A DNA stretch of 64,000 bases from an uncultured SAR86 cluster bacterium (lineage in GTDB: Bacteria > Pseudomonadota > Gammaproteobacteria > Magnimaribacterales > D2472), in contig CAXYEK010000002.1 of the NCBI GenBank assembly GCA_964276235.1, forward strand, positions 2,115 through 66,114, in the 5' to 3' direction. Made by a program: the position numbers and the translations under genes. Shown here piece by piece: positions 39,197 to 48,944 of this stretch. The notes below the pieces were generated by a model that saw nothing but the letters and a program-made list of their open reading frames with translations, did no database searches and had not been told where the DNA came from. Position 1 is the stretch's first letter; the number at the start of each line of letters is the position of its first letter.

Positions 39197-40180
39197 TTGA
39201 ACATACTTCTACAATTAATAAAATTATTCCCTCCAGAAGCTGCTCACAAATTAGCACTTAATTCTTTATTTATTTTATATAAATTTAGGATTTTAAATTT
39301 ATTTTTCCCAAAGTTTACAGATAAAGAAATTGAATTTTTGGGAATGAAATTAACCAACAGATTAGGAACTGCTGCAGGCTTGGATAAAGATGGTGATTTT
39401 ATTGACTGTCTTGGAGCCCTTGGCTTTGGTTTTTTAGAGGTAGGAACTGTAACGCCGTTGCCTCAAAAAGGTAATCCTAAACCAAGAATATTTAGACTGT
39501 TTAAAGAAAATGCAGTTATTAATAGACTTGGGTTCAATAATAAGGGTGTGGATCACCTAGTAAAAAGATTAAAGGCTAGACATTACAAGGGTATTGTTGG
39601 AGTAAATATTGGAGCCAATAAAGATTCACAAGATGAGAAGAGAATAGATGATTATTTGCAGTGTTTTAAAAAAGTCTGTGATTATGCAGACTATATAACA
39701 ATAAATATTTCTTCACCAAACACGCCTGGATTAAGAGATCTACATACTATAGATAATATAAAATCTCTTACTGAGCCCATAGAACGAGAGGCTAAAATAA
39801 AAAATTTCAAAGGCCCTATTTTCTTAAAAATATCTCCAGATGAATCCTCTGACTCTATTAGTTTTTTAGCAGACTTTATCGAAGAGTCTTCTTTGTCAGG
39901 TTTAATAATTTCTAATACAACAATTAATAAAGATTGCCTAAAGATTAAAGAAGATCAAGCTATTGAGGGTGGATTATCAGGAACACCTCTGATGAAAAAA
40001 TCAACAGAAGCTCTCAAAGTGGTAAATAATAAAAATCCAAAATTACCATTGATTGGTGTGGGAGGCGTAATGTCAGAATCAGATTTCAATGAGAAGATTA
40101 ATTCTGGGGCTTCCCTTGTTCAAATATATACCGGATTTATTATTCATGGACCGAAGATTGTTAGTGAAATCTTAAACTAG
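39197..40180 (+). CDS. pyrD: Quinone-dependent dihydroorotate dehydrogenase
   Basis: AAGLDK, GTVTPLPQKGNPKPR, NRLGFNNKG, NISSPNTPGLR, GGLSG. Confidence 0.95.
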   Translation: MNILLQLIKLFPPEAAHKLALNSLFILYKFRILNLFFPKFTDKEIEFLGMKLTNRLGTAAGLDKDGDFIDCLGALGFGFLEVGTVTPLPQKGNPKPRIFRLFKENAVINRLGFNNKGVDHLVKRLKARHYKGIVGVNIGANKDSQDEKRIDDYLQCFKKVCDYADYITINISSPNTPGLRDLHTIDNIKSLTEPIEREAKIKNFKGPIFLKISPDESSDSISFLADFIEESSLSGLIISNTTINKDCLKIKEDQAIEGGLSGTPLMKKSTEALKVVNNKNPKLPLIGVGGVMSESDFNEKINSGASLVQIYTGFIIHGPKIVSEILN

Positions 40181-40188
40181 AAAAGATT

Positions 40189-40623
40189 ATGGAATTAATA
40201 ATAATTCTTTTAGTAATAGTGTTTTTAATTGGCACTATAGGGCTTGTTGTTCCATCGAAGTCATCAAGAGAAATCTCTCATTTAAGAATGGAGGCATTAA
40301 AGCTTGGTTTAAAGATCACACCCTCAAGTTTTGGTAATTTATCTTTTAAAAATAAAGATCTTTCACTTATAAGTTATCAAGTTAGAAATTCAACTAATTT
40401 AAGAGATGCACATTTTATTAGAGACAAAGACGATTTAATTTTGTATTCTCCACTCAAACTTAAATACTCAGATGGGTTTAATGAGATAAATAATAAGTTA
40501 AGAAATCTTCCTTCATGCCTTCATGAAATAGTTTTTTCTAGATCATCAGTAGCTTTTCTTTGGAATGAGAAAGCTGGAATAGAAGAACTAAGAAAGATAC
40601 TAAGCGTTATTAATATTTTTTAA
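40189..40623 (+). CDS. Hypothetical membrane-anchored protein
   Basis: 144-aa ORF with an N-terminal TM helix followed by PSK..R...LRMEA..LGL; fills the gap between pyrD and topA. Confidence 0.65.
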   Translation: MELIIILLVIVFLIGTIGLVVPSKSSREISHLRMEALKLGLKITPSSFGNLSFKNKDLSLISYQVRNSTNLRDAHFIRDKDDLILYSPLKLKYSDGFNEINNKLRNLPSCLHEIVFSRSSVAFLWNEKAGIEELRKILSVINIF

Positions 40624-40685
40624 ATTTATCTTGTCAAGACTAGTAAATTGATGGTATTTATAAAAAAGGAAAATTAATATTAATT

Positions 40686-43310
40686 ATGGCTAAGTCACTT
40701 GTAATCGTCGAATCACCTGCAAAAGCTAAAACTATATCAAAGTATTTAGGTAGTGATTTTATTGTAGAATCTAGTGTTGGTCATATTAGAGATCTTCCTA
40801 AAAAAGCGTCTCCATCATCAAAGCGCTCATCAATACCTAAAGATATTAGCGTCGAAGAAAAAAAGAAATTGAAGTCGATTAATGATAGAAGTCGATTAAT
40901 CAGAAGAATGGGTATTGATCCAGATAATGGATGGGTTGCTGACTGGCAAATTATTCCAGAAAAAGAAAAAGTTATAAAAGCATTAAAAAAAGCAGCTAAA
41001 GGTGTTGATCATATATATCTTGCAACTGACCTTGATAGAGAGGGTGAAGCCATTGCATGGCATTTAAAAGAAGCTCTCGGACCAGATAAATACGAATATT
41101 CTAGAGTTAGATTTAATCAAATCACTAAATCTGCAATCATTGACTCTTTTGCAGATCCAAAAGAAATAGATTTAGATTTAGTTAAAGCCTATAGGGCAAG
41201 AAGGTTTCTTGATAAGGTTATTGGATTTGAATTATCCCCACTTTTATGGAAAAAAATCGCTAGAGGACTTTCAGCAGGAAGAGTTCAATCGGTAGCCTTG
41301 AGAGTTCTTGACGAAAGAGAGAGATTAATTCAAGAATTTATTCCTGAAGAGTTCTGGGAAATTTCAATGAATCTCTTAAATGGTACCAACAAAGTTATTC
41401 CATTTTCCTTAAATAGAAAAAAATCTGATCCATTACTACAAAAAGTAGAAGCAGAAAAAATTCAATCCTTAATTAATTCAATGGAATTAAAAATTAATGA
41501 AATAACCAAGAAACCAGTTAAAGTTAAGCCCAGGGCTCCTTTTATAACTTCAACTCTTCAGCAAGCGGCAAGTACCAAGCTGAGCTTCACTGTAAAAAGG
41601 ACTATGAGGGTTTCTCAAAAATTATATGAGGCTGGACATATTACTTATATGAGAACAGATGCTCCAAGTTTAAGTAAAGAGTCTATCCAAGATGCCAGGA
41701 ATTATATCAATGAAAAAATTGGTGACACTTATCTAACAAATGCACCAAGAATATATTCAAGTACTGAAAATGCGCAAGAAGCACATGAGGCCGTAAGACC
41801 AACAAATGCTTTCATGACGCCTGATGATCTTATTGGTTCAACTGAAGAAGAAAGAAGGCTGTACGGATTAATATGGCAGCAATATATTGCTTGTCAGATG
41901 CCTGATGCTGAATATCTCTCAACATCTGCAAAGATTATTATTGATGAATATACTTTCTCAGCACGAGGAAGAGAAGTTGTCTTTGATGGTCATACCAAGA
42001 TATCTCAAAACAATTCAATTGATCTAGAGGACGATATATTACCTCCATTGTCTGAAGGTGAGATACTTTCTTTAGATGAGCTTAATCTTGAACAAAAATT
42101 TACCAAACCACCTGCAAGATTTTCTGAAGCTGCATTAGTAAAAGAGTTGGAAAAGAAAGGTATTGGAAGACCTTCAACTTATGCCAATATTATTTCAACC
42201 ATTCAAGATCGGGGATATGTTGAGATTCAAAATAGAAGATTCTTCGTCAAAAAAATCGGACATATTGTTACTGAGCGACTTGTTGAAAGTTTTGATGACA
42301 TTATGAACTATGACTTCACAGCAAATTTAGAAAACAATCTTGACCAGGTAGCTAGTGGAGATTTAGATTGGAAAAATGTTTTAGATGACTTTTATAAAGC
42401 ATTTCAAGATGATTTAGCATCTGCCTCTTTGGAAGATGGGGGGATGAGAACAAATAAGCCTACAGGGACTAATATAGTTTGCCCTGATTGCTCATCAAAT
42501 AGCATGGTTATTAGAAATTCATCCAATGGGGTCTTTCTTGGCTGTTCTGGCTATGACAATGAAGGCGATGATAAGTGTAAAAAAACCGTTAATCTAATTT
42601 CTGGCGATGAAGCTATCAGTGTTGATGATAATCAAGAGGCAGAAAATCTTTTAATTAAGAAAAGATGTCCAAAATGCGATACAAGCATGGATAACTATTT
42701 AATAGATGAAAATAGAAAACTGCATGTATGTGGGAAAAGTCCAGATTGTGATGGTTATTATGTTGAAGAAGGATTATTCAAGATCAAGGGTTATGATGGG
42801 CCAGTTCTTGAATGTCATAAGTGTGGATCTGAAATGCAGTTAAAAACTGGTAGGTTTGGTAAATATTTTGGTTGTTTAAACGATAACTGTGGAACAACAA
42901 GAGCACTTCAAAGAAGTGGAGAACCAAAGCCTTTAACTATGGAGCCTATATCAATGCCTGATTTAGCCTGCGTTAAATGTGAAGATCATTATCTTTTAAG
43001 AGATAGTATGAAAGGTTTATTTCTTGCAGCAAGCAAATATCCAAAAAATAGAGAAACTAGAGCTCCTAAAGTTTCTGAAATTAACCATTTAGATATTGAA
43101 ATATCAGAAGCTTGTAGGTTCTTGCCCGACTCAAACAAACATTCGTATCTAATGAGTGCACCTGAAAAAGATAGAGACGGGCATCCTTATGTTATTAGAT
43201 ACAACAAAACAGAAGATGTTCATTATCTTGCATCTGAAAAAGATGGTAAAAAGACAAAGTGGACGGCTTTATTCAATAATGGAGAGTGGGTACAAAACCT
43301 TAAAAGTTAG
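40686..43310 (+). CDS. topA: DNA topoisomerase I
   Basis: LVIVESPAKAKTI, ATDLDREGEAIAWH, SAGRVQS, ITYMRTD, C-terminal zinc ribbons. Confidence 0.97.
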   Translation: MAKSLVIVESPAKAKTISKYLGSDFIVESSVGHIRDLPKKASPSSKRSSIPKDISVEEKKKLKSINDRSRLIRRMGIDPDNGWVADWQIIPEKEKVIKALKKAAKGVDHIYLATDLDREGEAIAWHLKEALGPDKYEYSRVRFNQITKSAIIDSFADPKEIDLDLVKAYRARRFLDKVIGFELSPLLWKKIARGLSAGRVQSVALRVLDERERLIQEFIPEEFWEISMNLLNGTNKVIPFSLNRKKSDPLLQKVEAEKIQSLINSMELKINEITKKPVKVKPRAPFITSTLQQAASTKLSFTVKRTMRVSQKLYEAGHITYMRTDAPSLSKESIQDARNYINEKIGDTYLTNAPRIYSSTENAQEAHEAVRPTNAFMTPDDLIGSTEEERRLYGLIWQQYIACQMPDAEYLSTSAKIIIDEYTFSARGREVVFDGHTKISQNNSIDLEDDILPPLSEGEILSLDELNLEQKFTKPPARFSEAALVKELEKKGIGRPSTYANIISTIQDRGYVEIQNRRFFVKKIGHIVTERLVESFDDIMNYDFTANLENNLDQVASGDLDWKNVLDDFYKAFQDDLASASLEDGGMRTNKPTGTNIVCPDCSSNSMVIRNSSNGVFLGCSGYDNEGDDKCKKTVNLISGDEAISVDDNQEAENLLIKKRCPKCDTSMDNYLIDENRKLHVCGKSPDCDGYYVEEGLFKIKGYDGPVLECHKCGSEMQLKTGRFGKYFGCLNDNCGTTRALQRSGEPKPLTMEPISMPDLACVKCEDHYLLRDSMKGLFLAASKYPKNRETRAPKVSEINHLDIEISEACRFLPDSNKHSYLMSAPEKDRDGHPYVIRYNKTEDVHYLASEKDGKKTKWTALFNNGEWVQNLKS

Positions 43311-43747
43311 TGGATTCAAAAGAGTTAGTTAATTTATATTTAGATATATGTGAAGGAATCCTCTTAAAAATAACTTTTGATAAGTCATCTTCAGATAATG
43401 CCAATCAATTTTTATTTTTTTTATCTTTAGAACAAAGTCTAAATTTTCTAGCAGATGATATTTTGTCTTCTACAAGTATGGATTCAGCCTCTTTTTCTTC
43501 CTTAAATACTTTATCAAAATGGGATTTTCTTTCAAATGAACCAGCAATTAAAAATATTATTATTAAAGAACAATTATCTGAAGGTTTCTTAAATGACCTT
43601 TTTGAAACGCAAAAAAAATTACTTAATCCTGTAAATGATTCAATAATTATTTCAAATGACTCAATTAACTTGAAAAAATTTAATTTGATACTAGATAATT
43701 ATAAAAGGTTCATGTTCTTGCTTCGCAAAACTATTGAGGAGTGTTAA
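43310..43747 (+). CDS. Hypothetical protein downstream of topA
   Basis: 145-aa ORF, GTG start overlapping the topA TAG; ends ...EEC. Confidence 0.6.
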   Translation: MDSKELVNLYLDICEGILLKITFDKSSSDNANQFLFFLSLEQSLNFLADDILSSTSMDSASFSSLNTLSKWDFLSNEPAIKNIIIKEQLSEGFLNDLFETQKKLLNPVNDSIIISNDSINLKKFNLILDNYKRFMFLLRKTIEEC

Positions 43748-43769
43748 GCTTGAACTCATCGGAGAAATT

Positions 43770-44027
43770 ATGTCAAATTACTTAGAATTAGCTCAATTAC
43801 CAGATGGAAGTATCGTTTTAAGAAGGTCAGATGATCATGATAACCCAATTGTCAAAATAGACTTTTCTTCAGAATCCAAAGAGTTTCTTCAAGGTCAAGA
43901 ATTATCTGTTGCTAAAGAGATGATTAGAGCTGGAATTGAAAGTGTAAGCGGAAACGTCAGCGATTTTGATGAATTTTTTGACAGCCAAAAAGAAAGATTA
44001 TCTAAGAAAACTACAGTTCTTCATTAA
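43770..44027 (+). CDS. Small conserved hypothetical protein
   Basis: ATG 43770 after a GGAG SD; YLELAQLPDGSIVLRRSDD...PIVKIDFS..S...L...VAKEMI.AG. Confidence 0.7.
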   Translation: MSNYLELAQLPDGSIVLRRSDDHDNPIVKIDFSSESKEFLQGQELSVAKEMIRAGIESVSGNVSDFDEFFDSQKERLSKKTTVLH

Positions 44028-44638
44028 TTCTCTCTTACTAAACCTACGCTTTTACCTTCGATAAATAATTCTGTCTCTTCTAAATTAACTTCAATATTAT
44101 TGAAATCTTCATTTGCTGGCTGAAGATGTACCATACTTGGTGAATGCCTATGAAAATATTTAACAGTTACTTCGTCATCAATTCTTGCAATTACAATGTC
44201 ACCATTTTTAATATCTTGAGTTTTTTTAACAGCTATTAAATCGTCTTCCATTATTCCCGCATCTTTCATGCTTAGACCTCGTACCCTCAAGAAATAGTCA
44301 AAGTTAGATCCAAAGAATCCTTTTGGGCAGTTAAAAACTTTTTCGACATTTTCAGTTGCTAGCGTAGGAGACCCAGCAGCTACTAGGCCAATAATAGGGT
44401 ACTCATCTTCTTCATGATCAATTTCTGGATTTATTATTGAGATACCTCTCGATGTCCCGCTCTCAATTGCTATAAAACCTTTTTTTTCAAGAGCTCGTAA
44501 ATGGGTTTCTGCAGAATTAGGAGATTTAAACCCTAATTCTTTACAAATATCTGCTCTTGTTGGAGGAAAGCCTGTTTTCTTTAGATAAATTTGAATACAA
44601 TCAAGTACTTTATTTTGTTGAGAGGTTATGTCTTTCAT
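44024..44638 (-). CDS. lexA: SOS repressor LexA
   Basis: PPTRADICKELGFKSPNSAETHL HTH, VAAG cleavage site, GLSMKDAGI (Ser), VTVK (Lys). Confidence 0.96.
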   Translation of the reverse strand: MKDITSQQNKVLDCIQIYLKKTGFPPTRADICKELGFKSPNSAETHLRALEKKGFIAIESGTSRGISIINPEIDHEEDEYPIIGLVAAGSPTLATENVEKVFNCPKGFFGSNFDYFLRVRGLSMKDAGIMEDDLIAVKKTQDIKNGDIVIARIDDEVTVKYFHRHSPSMVHLQPANEDFNNIEVNLEETELFIEGKSVGLVREN

Positions 44639-44648
44639 AATTTTTCCA

Positions 44649-44676
44649 ATTATACTGAATATATATACAGTATAAT
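44649..44676. promoter_or_regulatory. LexA (SOS) box flanked by divergent -10 elements
   Basis: CTG-AATATATATA-CAG at 44655-44670 inside the palindrome ATTATACTG...CAGTATAAT, giving TATAAT on both strands. Confidence 0.88.
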
Positions 44677-44704
44677 GTTTACTAGGATCAATATCAAGAA
44701 AAAA

Positions 44705-45604
44705 ATGACTAATGAATCTAAATTAATAATTGGAATTTCTTCAAGAGCTTTATTTAATCTCGATGAAAGCCATGAAATATATGAAACTGAAGGATTAGAC
44801 TCATATAGAAATTATCAAATAGCAAATGAAGACAAAACATTAGATCCTGGTGAGGCATTTAATCTAGTAAAGAAAATATTAGACATTAATTCTCTTTATG
44901 AAAATAGACAAAGAATTGAAGTAATTCTGCTATCAAGAAATACATCTGATACAGGTCTTAGGATCAGAAACTCAATTGAAGCTCATGGATTAGATATTAG
45001 TAGGGCTGCATTTTGTGGAGGAGAAAGTCCTCATAGATATGTTAAAGATTTTGGAGTTCATCTTTTTTTATCAAGTAGTATGGAAGACGTTAAATTAGCT
45101 ATAGATAGTGATGTTGCAGCTGCTACTATTATCTCAAGAGAGGGTGAAAATAATTTCTTATCAGATGATGGACAATTAAAAATTGCCTTTGATGGAGATG
45201 CTGTAATCTTTTCAGATGATTCAGAAAAAGTTTTTCAGGAAGAAGGCCTTGAAGCTTTTATTGAAAATGAAGTCTTAGCTACTTCAGCTTTAAAAGAGGG
45301 GCCCTTTAAATCTTTTTTAGTTGAATTAAATGAAATCCAAAATGACTTTGATATTAATGAATGTCCTATTAGAACTGCATTAGTCACGGCAAGATCAGCT
45401 CCATCAGACAAAAGAGTTATAAAAACATTAAGAGAGTGGGGCGTTAGAATTGATGAATCTCTTTTTCTTGGTGGGATGTCAAAAAAAGAGTTTCTTAAAT
45501 CTTTTCAAGCAGATATATTTTTTGATGATCAAAAAAAACATATTATGGAAACAAGAGATACTACTGCCTCAGGTCATGTACCGTATGGTATAAAAAATAA
45601 ATAA
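44705..45604 (+). CDS. 5'-nucleotidase (cN-I-like HAD family)
   Basis: IGISSRALFNL, ILLSRN, IAFDGDAVIFSD, LVTARSAP, FFDDQ; the ORF-track upstream extension overlaps lexA and is unlikely. Confidence 0.88.
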   Translation: MTNESKLIIGISSRALFNLDESHEIYETEGLDSYRNYQIANEDKTLDPGEAFNLVKKILDINSLYENRQRIEVILLSRNTSDTGLRIRNSIEAHGLDISRAAFCGGESPHRYVKDFGVHLFLSSSMEDVKLAIDSDVAAATIISREGENNFLSDDGQLKIAFDGDAVIFSDDSEKVFQEEGLEAFIENEVLATSALKEGPFKSFLVELNEIQNDFDINECPIRTALVTARSAPSDKRVIKTLREWGVRIDESLFLGGMSKKEFLKSFQADIFFDDQKKHIMETRDTTASGHVPYGIKNK

Positions 45605-45619
45605 ATATAGGATTTATAA

Positions 45620-46228
45620 ATGGAAATAGTTTGTTTTGATATGGAGGGAACACTGACTCCTGAAATATGGGAGAGAGTAGCCTTAAGAACTGGAATAGAT
45701 GAGTTCAATAAAACTACAAGAGATATTCCTGATTATTCAGAACTTATGGATTTTAGGCTCGATGTTATGAGAAGCAATAACTTAAAACTTTCTGACATTC
45801 AAGAAGCCTCATCTGAATTAGAGCTTCTACCTGGAGCCTATAATTTTTTACAAAAAATAAGACAAAACTTTCAAGTGGTAATTTTATCTGATACTTTTCA
45901 TGAAATCGCCAAGCCTCTAATGGAAAAAATGGGTTTTCCTTTACTCCTATGCCATAACCTAGATGTTGTTAATGATGAGATTATTTCTTATAAACTTAGA
46001 AATAAAAAAGCTAAAAAACAAGCTATTGAAAGCTTTCAATCTATTGGGTATAGATGTCTTGCAGCTGGAGATTCATACAATGACCTTCAAATGTTTGAAG
46101 TAGCAGATAAAAGTTTTTTTATAAACGCACCAGATAAAATTTCTTCATCGTATCCTGAAATACCATCTTTTGATAACTATATTGACTTAGAAAGTGCAAT
46201 CGAAGATAACTCGATTTTTAAAAAATGA
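45620..46228 (+). CDS. thrH: Phosphoserine phosphatase / homoserine phosphotransferase
   Basis: [36 protein letters not shown]. Confidence 0.9.
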   Translation: MEIVCFDMEGTLTPEIWERVALRTGIDEFNKTTRDIPDYSELMDFRLDVMRSNNLKLSDIQEASSELELLPGAYNFLQKIRQNFQVVILSDTFHEIAKPLMEKMGFPLLLCHNLDVVNDEIISYKLRNKKAKKQAIESFQSIGYRCLAAGDSYNDLQMFEVADKSFFINAPDKISSSYPEIPSFDNYIDLESAIEDNSIFKK

Positions 46229-46887
46229 ATGACCATTTAAAATTAAATAATTATGAGAGGCCTAAGCTTCAAATGCCTCATGAAAACAGCAGTCTTCTTC
46301 TTCATAGCTGCTGTGCTCCATGTGCTGGAGAAATCATGGAAGCACTTGCTGCATCGAAAATTAAAACGACTGTTTATTTTTATAACCCAAACATTCATCC
46401 AAAAGAAGAATATGAGATTAGAAAGAATGAGAACAGAAGATTTTGTGACAAGTTGGGTTTTGAGTGCATAGATGCAGATTATGATAAAGATAATTGGTTT
46501 GAAAGGATAAAAGGTTTAGAAGACGAACCAGAAAGAGGAAAACGTTGTACGCAATGTTTTGATATGAGGTTTGAAAGGTCTGCACTTTACGCAAAAGAAA
46601 ATGGTTTTGGGGTTTACGCTACAACTTTGGGAATTTCAAGATGGAAGGATATGGAGCAAATCAATGACTCTGGATTAAGAGCCGCTGAGAGATATGAAGA
46701 TTTGGCTTATTGGGATTTTAACTGGAGAAAACAAGGTGGCTCATCTCGTATGATTGAAATTTCTAAGAGAGAAGAATTTTATCAACAAGAATATTGTGGG
46801 TGCGTATATAGTCTAAGAGATACAAATAGATGGAGACGTAAAAATAATAAAGATAGAATTATTCGAGGCGTAAAGTTTTATAGTTAA
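46225..46887 (+). CDS. queH: Epoxyqueuosine reductase (cobalamin-independent)
   Basis: [40 protein letters not shown]. Confidence 0.93.
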   Translation: MNDHLKLNNYERPKLQMPHENSSLLLHSCCAPCAGEIMEALAASKIKTTVYFYNPNIHPKEEYEIRKNENRRFCDKLGFECIDADYDKDNWFERIKGLEDEPERGKRCTQCFDMRFERSALYAKENGFGVYATTLGISRWKDMEQINDSGLRAAERYEDLAYWDFNWRKQGGSSRMIEISKREEFYQQEYCGCVYSLRDTNRWRRKNNKDRIIRGVKFYS

Positions 46888-46934
46888 TTCAAAATTTGGG
46901 AACAAGTCCTTTATTCCTTTATAATCCCAGCATT

Positions 46935-47801
46935 ATGACAGCGGGAAAAAAATTTAGACAAGCATTGCAAGATAACAAGCCTTTAGTTATTCCTGGAACA
47001 ATTAATGCTTATTCTGCAATTTTAGCTGAAAGAGCAGGTCATCAGGCAATATATCTTTCAGGCGGAGGAGTTGCAGCAGCATCATATGGAATGCCTGACC
47101 TAGGCATCACAACTATGGAAGATGTCTTAATAGACGTTAAAAGAATAACGAATGCTTGTTCACTTCCACTTCTTGTTGATATTGATACTGGTTGGGGTGG
47201 TGCTTTTAATATATCAAGAACTGTAAAAGAAATGATTAATTCTGGTTGTGCTGCAGTGCATATAGAGGATCAAATATCACAAAAAAGATGTGGTCATAGA
47301 CCCAATAAATCTTTAGTAAGTTCAAATGAGATGCAAGATAGGATTAAAGCAGCTGTTGATGGTAGACATGACGAATCCTTCTTTATTATGGCAAGAACCG
47401 ATGCAATAGCATCTGAAGGAATTGATTCTGCAATTGATAGAGCATCAAAATATATTGAAGAAGGTGCTGATGGTATTTTCTTAGAAGCTGTAACTTCCAT
47501 AGATGAATATAAAATACTCAAAGAAAATTTGAATGTACCTCTTTTGGCAAACATCACGGAGTTTGGTAAGACACCATTATTTAGTAAAGATCAGTTAGCT
47601 GAAGTTGGTGTAGATATGATGTTATTTCCACTCTCTGCATTTAGAGCCATGAGTAAGGCATCTGAAAAAATATACGATTCTCTTGCCAAAGAAGGGACAC
47701 AAGATGGTCTCTTAGATATAATGCAGACCCGAGAAGAATTGTATGAACGTTTAAATTATCATAGTTTCGAAGAGAAATTAGATAATTTATTCAAAGACTA
47801 A
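46935..47801 (+). CDS. prpB: 2-methylisocitrate lyase
   Basis: [21 protein letters not shown]...[17 protein letters not shown]; ATG 46935 lies 9 nt after TATAAT. Confidence 0.95.
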   Translation: MTAGKKFRQALQDNKPLVIPGTINAYSAILAERAGHQAIYLSGGGVAAASYGMPDLGITTMEDVLIDVKRITNACSLPLLVDIDTGWGGAFNISRTVKEMINSGCAAVHIEDQISQKRCGHRPNKSLVSSNEMQDRIKAAVDGRHDESFFIMARTDAIASEGIDSAIDRASKYIEEGADGIFLEAVTSIDEYKILKENLNVPLLANITEFGKTPLFSKDQLAEVGVDMMLFPLSAFRAMSKASEKIYDSLAKEGTQDGLLDIMQTREELYERLNYHSFEEKLDNLFKD

Positions 47802-47821
47802 TATCAGAAAAGGAAAAAAAG

Positions 47822-48943
47822 ATGGTTAAAAAACTAGAAGGTGCAGGTCTTAGAGGTCAAGTTGCTGGAGAGACGTCATTATCAACAGTTGGACAAATAG
47901 AAGGCTTGGCATACAGAGGCCACAAGATTGAAACCCTAGCAGATAAAGCTACTTTTGAAGAAGTTGCATACTTACTTTTATATGAAAAATTACCGAATTC
48001 CTCTGAGCTTTCTGATTATAAATCTCTTTTAAAATCTCAAAGAGATTTACCTCAAGCTCTTAAAGAAGTGCTTCAAAAAATACCTGCAAATGCCCATCCT
48101 ATGGATGTTATGAGAACAGGAACTTCAATGTTGGGAAATCTAGAACCTGAAGGAGATTTTTCGAACCAACTAAATTCAATCAATAGAATGATAGCTACAA
48201 TGCCATCAATCGTTACTTACTGGTATAAATTTACTCATGAAGGAATGGATATTGATTTAGTAAATGATGAAGACAGTATGGCTGGTCATTTTTTACATAT
48301 TCTTCATGGCAAAGTTCCAAGTGACCTTCATAGAAAGGTAATGGATGTATCTCTAGTTCTCTATGCAGAGCATGAATTTAATGCTTCTACATTCACAGGA
48401 AGAGTTTGCGCTTCAACTATGTCGGATATTCATTCTTGTGTTGTTGCTGCTATTGGTTCTTTAAGAGGTCCCTTACACGGTGGTGCAAATGAGAAAGCTA
48501 TGGAATTAATTGAAAATTGGACATCTAGAGATGAAGCAAAGCAAAAAATACTGGCTATGCTTGATAATAAAGAAAAAATTATGGGTTTTGGTCATGCTGT
48601 TTATTCTATTAGCGATCCAAGAAACGCGGTTATTAAGCAATATGCTGAAGAGTTATCAAAGTTGCATGAAAATGATGATTTATATCAAGTTGCAGAAGAA
48701 GTAGAAAAAGTTATGGCAGATGAAAAGAATATGTTCGCAAATGCGGATTTCTTTCATGCGCCAGCTTATTTTTACATGGGGATTCCAACCAAACTATTTA
48801 CACCAATATTTGTAATGTCTAGAGTTTCAGGTTGGACAGCACACTGTATGGAGCAACGTTCTAATAATAGAATTATTAGGCCAAGTGCTGAATATATTGG
48901 AGTTGAAAGCTCGGAATGGGTTGATCTAGAAGATAGGTCTTAA
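47822..48943 (+). CDS. prpC: 2-methylcitrate synthase
   Basis: GLRGQVAG, YAEHEFNASTF, GPLHGGANE, MGFGHAVY, RIIRPSAEY. Confidence 0.95.
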   Translation: MVKKLEGAGLRGQVAGETSLSTVGQIEGLAYRGHKIETLADKATFEEVAYLLLYEKLPNSSELSDYKSLLKSQRDLPQALKEVLQKIPANAHPMDVMRTGTSMLGNLEPEGDFSNQLNSINRMIATMPSIVTYWYKFTHEGMDIDLVNDEDSMAGHFLHILHGKVPSDLHRKVMDVSLVLYAEHEFNASTFTGRVCASTMSDIHSCVVAAIGSLRGPLHGGANEKAMELIENWTSRDEAKQKILAMLDNKEKIMGFGHAVYSISDPRNAVIKQYAEELSKLHENDDLYQVAEEVEKVMADEKNMFANADFFHAPAYFYMGIPTKLFTPIFVMSRVSGWTAHCMEQRSNNRIIRPSAEYIGVESSEWVDLEDRS

Positions 48944-48944
48944 A

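Noticed and set aside
44591-44704. N-terminal extension of the 5'-nucleotidase in the ORF track
   Set aside because: It overlaps the lexA start and the SOS box; family similarity begins after Met 44705.
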